From the NCBI GenBank assembly GCA_013043705.1, contig JABDNS010000098.1, positions 1-59,904 of the forward strand: DNA of 59,904 nt, written 5' to 3'. A program made the translations under genes and the position numbers. This document shows positions 32,167 to 40,373 of the stretch, piece after piece. The notes below the pieces were generated by a model that worked only from the letters and a program-made list of their open reading frames with translations, was not told the DNA's origin and did no database searches. The DNA is from Pseudomonadales bacterium. GTDB lineage: Bacteria; Pseudomonadota; Gammaproteobacteria; Pseudomonadales; UBA7434. Within the stretch, counting starts at the first letter, position 1, and the number at the start of each line of letters is the position of its first letter.

Positions 32167-32274
32167 GGCACTGCCTAGGCTGTTGGCACTCTATAGGCTG
32201 TTGGCACTCTATAGGCTGTTGGCACTATTCCCACTGTTGGCACTATTCCCGCCCGCGGCACTCTATTATTGTGC
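32167..32274. repeat. 6 x 18-bp tandem repeat (GGCACT-N12)
   Basis: Units at 32167, 32185, 32203, 32221, 32239 and 32257. Two are identical (ggcactctataggctgtt). Ends 82 nt upstream of the OmpA-like ATG. Confidence 0.9.
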
Positions 32275-32356
32275 GCGGCAACACGGTGTGCCGATTGTTT
32301 TTTGCACGTACTTGCCATTATGCTGGCCGCCGAATTTGAAACCCGGAGATTGTTCT

Positions 32357-33028
32357 ATGAATAAGTTTTATGCAGCGCTATTTTGCGCAATGTTGGCTGG
32401 CTGTGCGACGCAGCAGGGCGCCGACGGCCAGACAGACCGCAACAACACGGCGATTGCCGCGGTTGTTGGCGCGGTTGCGGGCGCAGTTATTGGCGGCCAG
32501 CTGGATGACGATGGCAATCGCGATCGTGGTGTCATTACCGGCGCAGTGGTGGGTGCAGCCGCAGGCGCGGGCATCGGCGCGCATATGGATCGCCAGGAAG
32601 AGGCATTTCGCGATGCGCTGGCCGCAGAGCAACGCCGCTCCGAAGTTGAAATCCAGCGCGTACGCGACGACTTGCTCAAACTTACTTTCGACAATGAAGT
32701 AACCTTCGATGTGAATGAATCGGCGGTGAAACCCAGCTTTTTCGACAGCCTGGCCAAAGTATCAGAAGTACTCGAAAAGTATGATTCCAGGGCGCGCGTT
32801 ATAGGGCATACCGATAGCACTGGTTCGGAAAGCTATAACCAGAGCTTGTCGGAGCGCCGCGCGTTGGCAGTAAAAGACTACCTGGTGCGCAGCGGTGTTG
32901 CCGAGTACAGGCTTACTGCGGAAGGTCGCGGTGAGTTGGAACCTCGCGAATCCAATGCAACAGCTGCAGGACGCGCGCTCAATCGCCGTGTTGAACTACT
33001 GGTAACCCCGGGTGATTCAGTGCGCTAG
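32357..33028 (+). CDS. OmpA-family lipoprotein with glycine zipper (YiaD-like)
   Basis: ATG at 32357 with GGAG RBS. Lipobox MLAGC. Glycine zipper AVVGAVAGAVIGG. OmpA C-domain GHTDSTGS..YNQ.LSERRA..V. Confidence 0.88.
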   Translation: MNKFYAALFCAMLAGCATQQGADGQTDRNNTAIAAVVGAVAGAVIGGQLDDDGNRDRGVITGAVVGAAAGAGIGAHMDRQEEAFRDALAAEQRRSEVEIQRVRDDLLKLTFDNEVTFDVNESAVKPSFFDSLAKVSEVLEKYDSRARVIGHTDSTGSESYNQSLSERRALAVKDYLVRSGVAEYRLTAEGRGELEPRESNATAAGRALNRRVELLVTPGDSVR

Positions 33029-33115
33029 TGAAGCTTTTTATACAATACTGGTTTGTCGTGCGGTTATAGATTAGGGGCAAGCAGCAAAAACACACCAGCT
33101 GGAATACAGTGTTTG

Positions 33116-33142
33116 GAAAAGGCGCCCGCGGGCGCCTTTTTT
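33116..33142 (+). terminator. Rho-independent terminator
   Basis: AAAA-GGCGCC-cgcg-GGCGCC-TTTTTTT, about 90 nt after the OmpA-like stop. Confidence 0.8.
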
Positions 33143-33389
33143 TATGTTTCAAATGTTCGCTTGTTCTGCATGTTCTTTAACCGCTTTTGTCGATTCGCTC
33201 GCGTTTTTTTAGCAATATTAAAGTATTTACAGTTGTGCCCGGAGCGCTTTCAATGGCGCGTCTATACTTCCAAGCTAGCATGCGTGACTAGTACTGCATA
33301 GTTGTTGACCAGCTGTTTGCATAGGTTTAGCGCAATGACTTGCTAAGAAGCATTGATACTTTTATTTACCGTCATCGCAGGAGCGAGTG

Positions 33390-34745
33390 ATGTCCCTGAA
33401 AAAAATTCTTTTATGCTGCGCTTTGGCGGTATTGGTTAGCGGTTGTAGTAAATCCAGCGGTGTTGGCACTGGCGGCGACGTTGGCGGCGGTGGCAGTGGA
33501 ACCGATACCGGTAGCGGCGGTGGCGGTATTACCACCGGCTCGGGTGGGTCCGGCGCGCTCGAACTCAACGAAGACAATATTCGTGGCAGCATTGAAGATG
33601 TTGCACAACGGCTGAATATGATCGCGGCTGAAGTAATGCGCGCACTCAAGCCCTACCTCTATACGCGCGGGCCAGAAGATGTTACCGAGACCGTCGGTGA
33701 GACCGATACCCTCGATCCGCTCGATCCTGTATTACCCTATGGGTTTACCGCGGCAAATGGATTCGGTGCGCTCGATGTCGACCAATTTTTTGCCAATGCG
33801 AATACCAACCCGCTGCCGTTAGACCCGTTTGATTTGGCTGGTTGCCAGGTTGAAGCAGACACCAACGGCAACCTTGACGGCGTGTATGCCGTTGAATTTC
33901 GCGATCCCGATTTCAGCGATACATTGACCCCCGGCGACCAGATGGTGTTTTCCTACAACGTGGAAGGTTGTGACTTTTCAGGCGATACCAATTACGAGCG
34001 CGTCCCCAACGAGCTAGCCGGCATTATGGTGGTTACCTTCGCCGCGGGCACCGATGTGAATAGCGATCCACGGCGTATGGTGGGTACGGTGTCGTTTAAT
34101 GGCTACGAATACCAGAACGGCTTACTGGCCTGGCGCGAAGGCGATAGCGAGACTATCTCTAGCGGATCAACCGACTTCGACATCACTTTTTCCCCGGTGC
34201 TAACCGCATTGGCGGCGCCGGATAATCGCGCTGCGTTGGCCGATGTTTCGAATATTGTTCTTACCAACGGCAGCTTTGTTTTGCAAGATGGTGGTGAGCT
34301 TCTGGCGGGCCCGCTGGTACTTACCTACGATACCGTGAGCCGCGTGGTGCATGCCGCGGGTGATGCCAATCCTTTCGACCCGCCAAACCCTTACGGCTTG
34401 GGCGATTACAACCTGACGCTCGACAACGTTGAAGTTGTCACCCAGGGCGATGGCACCTCGGTGGCCTTTTCTACAGTGGGCTATCCCGACCCCGCGGTTG
34501 ATCCGAGTATTGCAGGTGTCTACCACAGCTACCCGCAAAGCGGCGCGATCAGCATCGTAGGTGGCGCAAGCTCAGAGGGTCTTGTGCCTGCACAGCCCGA
34601 TGCCGGGCGCCTGACCATTGCGCAAGTCGATGCCGACGGCGACGGCGTGTATGAATTGTTCCGCCCCACCAGTTGGGATTTCCTGTTAGGCCAGTTCCTG
34701 GTGCCCGGTTTAGAGTACTTTGTTGATGACGCAGACGACAGCTAG
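33390..34745 (+). CDS. Acidic Gly-linker lipoprotein of unknown function
   Basis: AGGAG RBS, then ATG at 33390. Lipobox LVSGC. About 40-aa G/S/T linker, then an Asp-rich roughly 390-aa domain with a DADGDG motif near the C-terminus. No family recognised. Confidence 0.75.
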   Translation: MSLKKILLCCALAVLVSGCSKSSGVGTGGDVGGGGSGTDTGSGGGGITTGSGGSGALELNEDNIRGSIEDVAQRLNMIAAEVMRALKPYLYTRGPEDVTETVGETDTLDPLDPVLPYGFTAANGFGALDVDQFFANANTNPLPLDPFDLAGCQVEADTNGNLDGVYAVEFRDPDFSDTLTPGDQMVFSYNVEGCDFSGDTNYERVPNELAGIMVVTFAAGTDVNSDPRRMVGTVSFNGYEYQNGLLAWREGDSETISSGSTDFDITFSPVLTALAAPDNRAALADVSNIVLTNGSFVLQDGGELLAGPLVLTYDTVSRVVHAAGDANPFDPPNPYGLGDYNLTLDNVEVVTQGDGTSVAFSTVGYPDPAVDPSIAGVYHSYPQSGAISIVGGASSEGLVPAQPDAGRLTIAQVDADGDGVYELFRPTSWDFLLGQFLVPGLEYFVDDADDS

Positions 34746-35437
34746 TCGGTATTAACCAGCGCCGCATATATTGCGGCGCGCGCTTCATCCAGCCCCTCGC
34801 CTGAATGCGCAGAAAACAATTGTGCGCTGGTCCTTTTTATAACCGCTAGCTCGCGCTGCAGCGCAAACAGCGCCTGCTGTGCCTTGTTACGCGACAGCTT
34901 GTCGGCCTTGGTCAGTAGCACGTGGCAGGGCAACTGGCAGCGATCTACCCATTCCAGCATCATGCGATCGTAGGGCTGCAGCTCGTGCCGACAATCCACC
35001 AGCAGCACTAGCAGCGCCAATGCATCGCGTTGTTCCAGGTAGCGCCCCAGTTGTTGCTGCCATTCACGCTTTTTCGATTCGCTAACCTTGGCATAACCGT
35101 AGCCAGGCAAGTCCACCAGTTGCCTGCCGTCTTGCAACGCGAAGAAATTCAGCAATTGCGTCCTGCCTGGGGTTTTGCTGGTCCTGGCAAGCCGCTTCTG
35201 GTCGCAAATCAGGTTTATCGCGCTGGATTTGCCAGCATTTGAGCGCCCGGCAAAGGCTACTTCGGTGCTGGCGTTTTTCGGGCACTGGGAGAATTTTGCA
35301 GCACTCACCATAAACTCGGCCTCGCGGAAATACCGCGCAAGTTGCCGGGCGCTGGGCGCTGTGTGCATGGCCGCGTTGTGCTTGGGTTGGTCATTACTGC
35401 GAAGGTCTTGTTTGGGCTGGTCTGGTTGGTCATTCAT
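34742..35437 (-). CDS. engB: Ribosome-biogenesis GTPase YihA/EngB
   Basis: VAFAGRSNAGKSS...KTPGRTQ...DLPGYGYA G-motifs. Start uncertain: ATG 35437, or ATG 35368 without the Q/P-rich extension. Confidence 0.9.
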   Translation of the reverse strand: MNDQPDQPKQDLRSNDQPKHNAAMHTAPSARQLARYFREAEFMVSAAKFSQCPKNASTEVAFAGRSNAGKSSAINLICDQKRLARTSKTPGRTQLLNFFALQDGRQLVDLPGYGYAKVSESKKREWQQQLGRYLEQRDALALLVLLVDCRHELQPYDRMMLEWVDRCQLPCHVLLTKADKLSRNKAQQALFALQRELAVIKRTSAQLFSAHSGEGLDEARAAIYAALVNTD

Positions 35438-35591
35438 GGCGGGGTTGAATCTGGTTCGCTACAGTTTGGCAGCGGCCGCTGCCTAATCGCCACACGCTAG
35501 CAAGCCCGCACGGCAAGTACAAGCAGGGCTTTTGTGGCCTTGCCCGATTGTGGTCTCGCAATATGCACAGCAATAGCGCTATACAGTTATT

Positions 35592-35600
35592 TCGCCGCCG
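35592..35600 (+). promoter_or_regulatory. Possible extended -10 promoter element for cytochrome c4
   Basis: TGaTAAAAT at 35592..35600, about 50 nt upstream of ATG 35653. Pattern only. Confidence 0.3.
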
Positions 35601-35652
35601 ATGATAAAATCCGCCGCTTCGCCGTTCTTTCCATTATCAAGGCCCTATCCAA

Positions 35653-36306
35653 ATGACGAGCAATAGCAAACCGATTCCCAAGATCGCCAGGCTCCTTGGC
35701 GCGCTACCAGTGCCCCTGGTGTTCTGCATGGTGCTGGGTGCTCCAGCGGCGCTCGCCGCCGGTGATGCGACGGCGGGCAAAAAATTGATTGGAGCGTGCG
35801 CTGCCTGTCATGGCAAAGACGGCAACAGCGCTTCGCCGGCAAACCCCAAGCTGGCTGGGCAGGGCGAGGCCTATTTGCTCAAGCAGTTGCGTGATATTAA
35901 AAGCGGCGCTCGCGAGATAGCGTTAATGGCCGGCCAGTTGGATCGCATGAGCGAGCAGCAGCTTGAAGATATCGCCGCTTATTTTGCCAGCCAAACGCAA
36001 ACTGCCGGCGTCGCACAGCCAGAGCTGGTTGAGCTTGGCCGCGAAATCTATCGCAATGGTAATCACGAGCGCGGTATTGCTGCATGCACAGGCTGCCACG
36101 GCCCCGCCGGACTGGGCAACGCACCGGCCAAATACCCAATGATTGCCGGTCAGCACGCCGATTACATCGCCCAACAGCTGCGCCATTTTGCAGAGGGTCG
36201 CCGGGTTAACGATGGCGAGGGCAGGGTTATGCGCGGTATTGCGGAACGATTGAATGAGAACGAGATCAAAGCTATCGCCAGCTACATTGAGGGTCTCAGG
36301 CCTTAA
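35653..36306 (+). CDS. cc4: Di-haem cytochrome c4
   Basis: Signal peptide plus two CxxCH sites (CAACHG and CTGCHG), with a spaced Met after each. Confidence 0.92.
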   Translation: MTSNSKPIPKIARLLGALPVPLVFCMVLGAPAALAAGDATAGKKLIGACAACHGKDGNSASPANPKLAGQGEAYLLKQLRDIKSGAREIALMAGQLDRMSEQQLEDIAAYFASQTQTAGVAQPELVELGREIYRNGNHERGIAACTGCHGPAGLGNAPAKYPMIAGQHADYIAQQLRHFAEGRRVNDGEGRVMRGIAERLNENEIKAIASYIEGLRP

Positions 36307-36338
36307 GCTCGGCTCAGGTCTGTCACGCTCAACGCACC

Positions 36339-36428
36339 GTAGCTTGTCGAAATACAATAGCTTGTCGAAATACAATAGCTCGTCGAAATACAATAGCTTG
36401 TCGAAATATAGTAGCTGGTCAAAATTAT
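36339..36428. repeat. 5 x 18-bp tandem repeat abutting the dsbA start codon
   Basis: Units (a/g)tagcttgtcgaaataca at 36339, 36357, 36375, 36393 and 36411. The last, degenerate unit contains the dsbA ATG (36427). Confidence 0.9.
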
Positions 36429-37104
36429 GAAGCAGATGTTCCGTATCTCCTCTTTTATCGCAGTAGCTAGCCTGCTAGTTGCGCAATTTGCAGTGCAGTT
36501 GGTAACGGCGCAACCGCTTGCACCGCCCAAATTTATCGCTGGCACGCATTACGAAGTGCTGCCATCTCCGGTGAAAGTTGCTGGCGACGATAAAATCGAA
36601 GTAATGGAAATCTTCTGGTACGGCTGCGGGCACTGCGAGACCTTCGAGCCTTTACTGGCTAGCTGGGAAAAGCGCGCAGCTGAAGATGTGGTGCTGTTAC
36701 GCACGCCGGCAGTTTGGCAGAAATCAATGCGCTCGCACGCGGCACTTTATTATGTTGCCGCAGCACTGGATGCGCCCCACCAACTGCATACCGACCTGTT
36801 TGCGCTGCTGGTGAAAAACCGTGCCCTCAACGACGAGAAAAAATTTGCCGAAGTGTTTGCGAAGCATGGCATCAGCGAAGAAAAGTTTGGCAAGCTGTTT
36901 AAGTCGTTTGGCATCACTACCAAAGTGAACCAGGGCGAGAAGCGTCTGCGCAAAAACTATCGCGCGCAGGGCACACCCGAGCTGATTGTGAACGGCAAGT
37001 ATCGTGTTGGCACCCGCTCAGCTGGAGGCCAGGCCAAAATGCTCGAAGTCGTCGATTTCCTTATTCAACAGGAACGCAAAGCAGCGCTCGCTGCGGCAGC
37101 CTAA
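36427..37104 (+). CDS. dsbA: Thiol:disulfide oxidoreductase DsbA
   Basis: Signal peptide. FWYGCGHCETFEP active site (CxxC). Confidence 0.93.
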   Translation: MKQMFRISSFIAVASLLVAQFAVQLVTAQPLAPPKFIAGTHYEVLPSPVKVAGDDKIEVMEIFWYGCGHCETFEPLLASWEKRAAEDVVLLRTPAVWQKSMRSHAALYYVAAALDAPHQLHTDLFALLVKNRALNDEKKFAEVFAKHGISEEKFGKLFKSFGITTKVNQGEKRLRKNYRAQGTPELIVNGKYRVGTRSAGGQAKMLEVVDFLIQQERKAALAAAA

Positions 37105-37277
37105 GCAAGCCTGGGCTAGTTCTCCGAAAAACCTCCGTGGCCGCTATTTGCGTGGCTTGTCACGCCACTTGCTTCTCGCGTAGCTGACAGCGCTGCTGTT
37201 CTCATAACATCTCCATTCTTACAGCTACTCCATTCCCACAACAACTACACTTGTAACACTGTTGAGCGGGACCCTGG

Positions 37278-38255
37278 ATGGGGTCCAAATTGAAGACCTG
37301 TGCAATGGCTTCACCAGCTTCCCCGAATCCAGCGCAATCTGCGCAAGCCGCAGAACAAAATGATGTGCATGCTTTGCGTGCGCTCAGTGATGCCTGCGCG
37401 CAGCTGCTTGCACTGGGACCCGACTTGCCGCTGCGTGAAGCGCTGGCCGGCTTTCTCGAACGCGCACGCGCGGCCGACGCCGAAGGCGCGCAACTGTTAC
37501 CCGAATATGTCGTGTTGCAGCGCAGCGTTTTGGAATCCATTGCGCCTCGATTGGAGCAAACACCGCCGCCTGCATCACTATCGGGTTTGCCGGTTTATGC
37601 CCGCGTTGCCGATGCGATTGAAGGGTCGTTGGGGCGCGTGCTTGCACAATTCATCGAAGGGTCCAAACATGCTGCTGGCGCACTCGACCTGGCCGAACAA
37701 CCGTTAGCAGAGCTGGCCAAAACCATTGAGCAGGGTATTAACTGGTACGAGTTAGCTGCCTTGCTCGACGCGGTGGCAGTTGCTGTTGCGGATGCTCGCG
37801 GTGCGGGCATCGACAGCGCAACCGGGTTGCCTGTTGGCGGGCAAGTGGAGGGGCAACTGCACAATGAGCTCGAGCGCTTGCAGCGATTCGGCCACGGTTT
37901 CTCAGTTGCCTGCTTAGAAATTGTTGAATACAGCGAGCTGCAAGCGCACTTCGGGCTGGCAGCGGCAGAGAAAGCCTTGCGCCTGGTGGCCAGAATTGCA
38001 GGCGGTGCGCTGCGCGGCATCGACTACATCGGCCGTAGTGAAACACAGAGTCTGTTGATTATCATGCCCGGCACTAGCGCGACAGATGCCAGTGCGCTGC
38101 TGGAAGACATTGACCAACTGGTTCAGCGAAGCCCGTTTCACTTCGCAGGCAAGCGCGCTAATGTGAGCTTGCGCTTGGGTATTGTCGATGCCCTGGCCAC
38201 CGATACTGCTCATATATTGAGCGACCGAGCTCATCAAGCGCTTGCCAGTGCCTAG
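37278..38255 (+). CDS. Degenerate GGDEF-domain protein (predicted non-catalytic)
   Basis: The C-terminal roughly 160 aa align to a GGDEF fold (FSVACLEI...LRGIDYIGRSETQSLLIIMPGT). The GGDEF position reads ETQSL, and RxxD (RGID) is retained. Start could be ATG 37278 or 37305. Confidence 0.75.
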   Translation: MGSKLKTCAMASPASPNPAQSAQAAEQNDVHALRALSDACAQLLALGPDLPLREALAGFLERARAADAEGAQLLPEYVVLQRSVLESIAPRLEQTPPPASLSGLPVYARVADAIEGSLGRVLAQFIEGSKHAAGALDLAEQPLAELAKTIEQGINWYELAALLDAVAVAVADARGAGIDSATGLPVGGQVEGQLHNELERLQRFGHGFSVACLEIVEYSELQAHFGLAAAEKALRLVARIAGGALRGIDYIGRSETQSLLIIMPGTSATDASALLEDIDQLVQRSPFHFAGKRANVSLRLGIVDALATDTAHILSDRAHQALASA

Positions 38256-38404
38256 TTTGTGCGTTGCAGTTTTAAGCGCTTTTGCGTGGTAATAGTGCAG
38301 TTTTGCACTACACTTTAGGGCAGCCGGTACTATCTTTAGTGGCTTCTGCCGATGCGGCAAGCAGGTTTTCCGGCCTTGTAACAACCCTATTTGGAGCGTT
38401 TATC

Positions 38405-38578
38405 ATGCACAACGAAGCTGGCGAAAAGCTGGAAGAAATCGACGTCTTCGACCAGATTGACGAAGCGCATGAAGAGCGTGAAGGTTCAGACCGGCGCAAG
38501 CAGGATCTTGGCCCCCAACAGAGCGAAGAAGAACGCCGCAAAAATGATCGGCGTGACTCCGCGCCGCATAGCGCCTGA
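38405..38578 (+). CDS. Small highly charged hypothetical protein (57 aa)
   Basis: ATG at 38405 with GGAG 8 nt upstream. Third-position codon usage resembles neighbouring genes. Rich in E/D/R/K. No family recognised. Confidence 0.4.
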   Translation: MHNEAGEKLEEIDVFDQIDEAHEEREGSDRRKQDLGPQQSEEERRKNDRRDSAPHSA

Positions 38579-38926
38579 GTTAACCCCCTTCCCAAGCAGC
38601 GGAGTCTTTTCGCTGCCGCCCGGCCGTGCCACCGCGCGGCCAGCCCATTTCAACTGATTGCTTGCCAAAAATTCAAATTCCTTTAACATTGCGCGCCACC
38701 ATTTTGACGGGCACATGATCTGCCGCTCGCGCACCTTTTCCGGGTGCATACTCTGCTTACTGCGAATGCAGGACGCGAGCGAAGCATAGTTGAGGCAAAC
38801 TCCCAGTTCATTGTTATTCAGCGGCCTACCTGCCCGGCAGGTTGTGCTGCCGGATAGGGCGCTTGCAGCAGTAGCTGGAGCGCATAAAGCGCTTAATATA
38901 GCTAACAACAGGGGAAGCAAAGTTTG

Positions 38927-40063
38927 ATGCGTATCGCGATTCCCAGAGAGACAGAATCCGGCGAACGGCGTGCCGCGCTGGTGCCGGATTCGGTTAAAAA
39001 ACTGGTACGTTTGGGCGCCGAAGTAAAAGTCGAGCAGGGTCTTGGCAGTGCCGCGGGTTTTTCAGACGAAGAATATGGCGAAGCTGGTGCGCAGGTGCTT
39101 AGCGATCGCGCAACGCTGCTGGGCGCCGCTGATATGGTTCTGCGCGTGCGCAAGCCGTCAATAGACGATTTGGCGCTGCTCAAGCCTGGCTGCATCCACG
39201 CCAGCTTTCTTGACCCTTTCAATGAAACCGATTTGATCGACGCTATGTGCGAGCGAGATGTTAGCGCGATCAGCATGGAAATGATTCCGCGCAGCACGCG
39301 CTCGCAAAAAATGGATGCACTGAGTTCGCAAGCCAACCTTGCGGGCTATGTAATGGTTTTGAAAGCCGCCAGCTACTTGCCCTCTATTCTGCCCATGATG
39401 ATGACGCCCGCCGGTACCTTGAAACCGGCCAAGGTGTTTGTAATTGGTGCCGGGGTGGCAGGCTTGCAAGCCATCGCAACCGCCAAGCGCCTGGGCGCAC
39501 AAGTCACCGCGTTTGATACGCGTAGCGAAGTGGCCGAGCAAGTGCAATCGGTGGGCGCCAAGTTTCTCGAAATCGACCTTGGTGAAACCGGCTCTACCAA
39601 AGATGGTTATGCGCGCGAGCTAACGCCCGAACAACTTGAAATCCAGCGAGAGGCACAGCGCAGCGTTATTGCCAATTCCGATGTGGTGATTACCACTGCA
39701 CAGGTATTTGGCCGTAAGCCACCGGTAATCGTACCGCGCGAATTCGTTGCTGGCATGCGCGCAGGCAGTGTGGTTATTGATATGGCTGCCGAAACAGGTG
39801 GCAACGTTGAAGGTTCGGTGCCTGGCGAAGTAGTGGAAATTAATGGCGTAAACGTAGTGGGCACTGGCAACTGGTCTAATGAAGTGGCGCGAGATGCCTC
39901 GCAAATGTATTCCAGCAACCTGTTTAACCTTGTCGAAGAGTTCTGGGACGCCGAACAAAACCGCGTGGTGCTCGACTTCGAGAACGACCTGGTAGGTTGC
40001 GTTGTCACGCACGGAAAGGCCATTGTGAACGAAGTCATCGCGAATTCGCGCAACAGCAACTAA
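38927..40063 (+). CDS. pntAA: NAD(P) transhydrogenase subunit alpha, part 1
   Basis: MRIAIPRE..ERR... and VIGAGVAGLQAI Rossmann motif. Followed by pntAB and pntB. Confidence 0.93.
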   Translation: MRIAIPRETESGERRAALVPDSVKKLVRLGAEVKVEQGLGSAAGFSDEEYGEAGAQVLSDRATLLGAADMVLRVRKPSIDDLALLKPGCIHASFLDPFNETDLIDAMCERDVSAISMEMIPRSTRSQKMDALSSQANLAGYVMVLKAASYLPSILPMMMTPAGTLKPAKVFVIGAGVAGLQAIATAKRLGAQVTAFDTRSEVAEQVQSVGAKFLEIDLGETGSTKDGYARELTPEQLEIQREAQRSVIANSDVVITTAQVFGRKPPVIVPREFVAGMRAGSVVIDMAAETGGNVEGSVPGEVVEINGVNVVGTGNWSNEVARDASQMYSSNLFNLVEEFWDAEQNRVVLDFENDLVGCVVTHGKAIVNEVIANSRNSN

Positions 40064-40082
40064 CCATCCGGCGGGATCGACC

Positions 40083-40373
40083 ATGGAACTCATATTTCTT
40101 ACCTTTGTTTTTGTGCTCGCCATTTTTCTCGGCTTTGAGCTAATTAACAAAGTGCCCTCTACGCTGCATACGCCGTTAATGTCGGGCTCTAATGCAATCT
40201 CTGGTATTACGCTGGTCGGCGCGTTGGTTTCGGCCGGTGCCGCGCACCAGGAACTGGCAACCTGGTTGGGCACCGCAGCGGTTGCCTTTGCGACGATTAA
40301 CGTTGTCGGCGGTTACATGGTTACCGATCGCATGCTCGCTATGTTCAAAAAGAAAGACCAGGGTGAAGGCTGA
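40083..40373 (+). CDS. pntAB: NAD(P) transhydrogenase subunit alpha, part 2 (membrane)
   Basis: 96-aa, 3-TM protein with HTPLMSGSNAISGI motif. Confidence 0.9.
   Translation: MELIFLTFVFVLAIFLGFELINKVPSTLHTPLMSGSNAISGITLVGALVSAGAAHQELATWLGTAAVAFATINVVGGYMVTDRMLAMFKKKDQGEG

Noticed and set aside
32167-32274. Could the 18-bp arrays (also 36339..36428) be CRISPR arrays?
   Set aside because: The repeats are directly abutting with no unique spacers. The units are too short, and no cas genes are present.
32132-32356. N-terminal extension of the OmpA-like ORF reading through the 18-bp array (LLALYR repeats)
   Set aside because: It stays in frame only because 18 is a multiple of 3. The real lipoprotein signal peptide and RBS are at 32357. 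The same logic applies to minus ORF 36303..36545, which reads ISTSYC repeats across the dsbA-proximal array.
38486-38920. 144-aa minus-strand ORF with a signal-peptide-like N-terminus
   Set aside because: It has only a TTG start, 6 nt from the pntAA start. It has many A/T-ending codons unlike neighbouring genes, and it overlaps the better-looking plus-strand small ORF. It is probably spurious.
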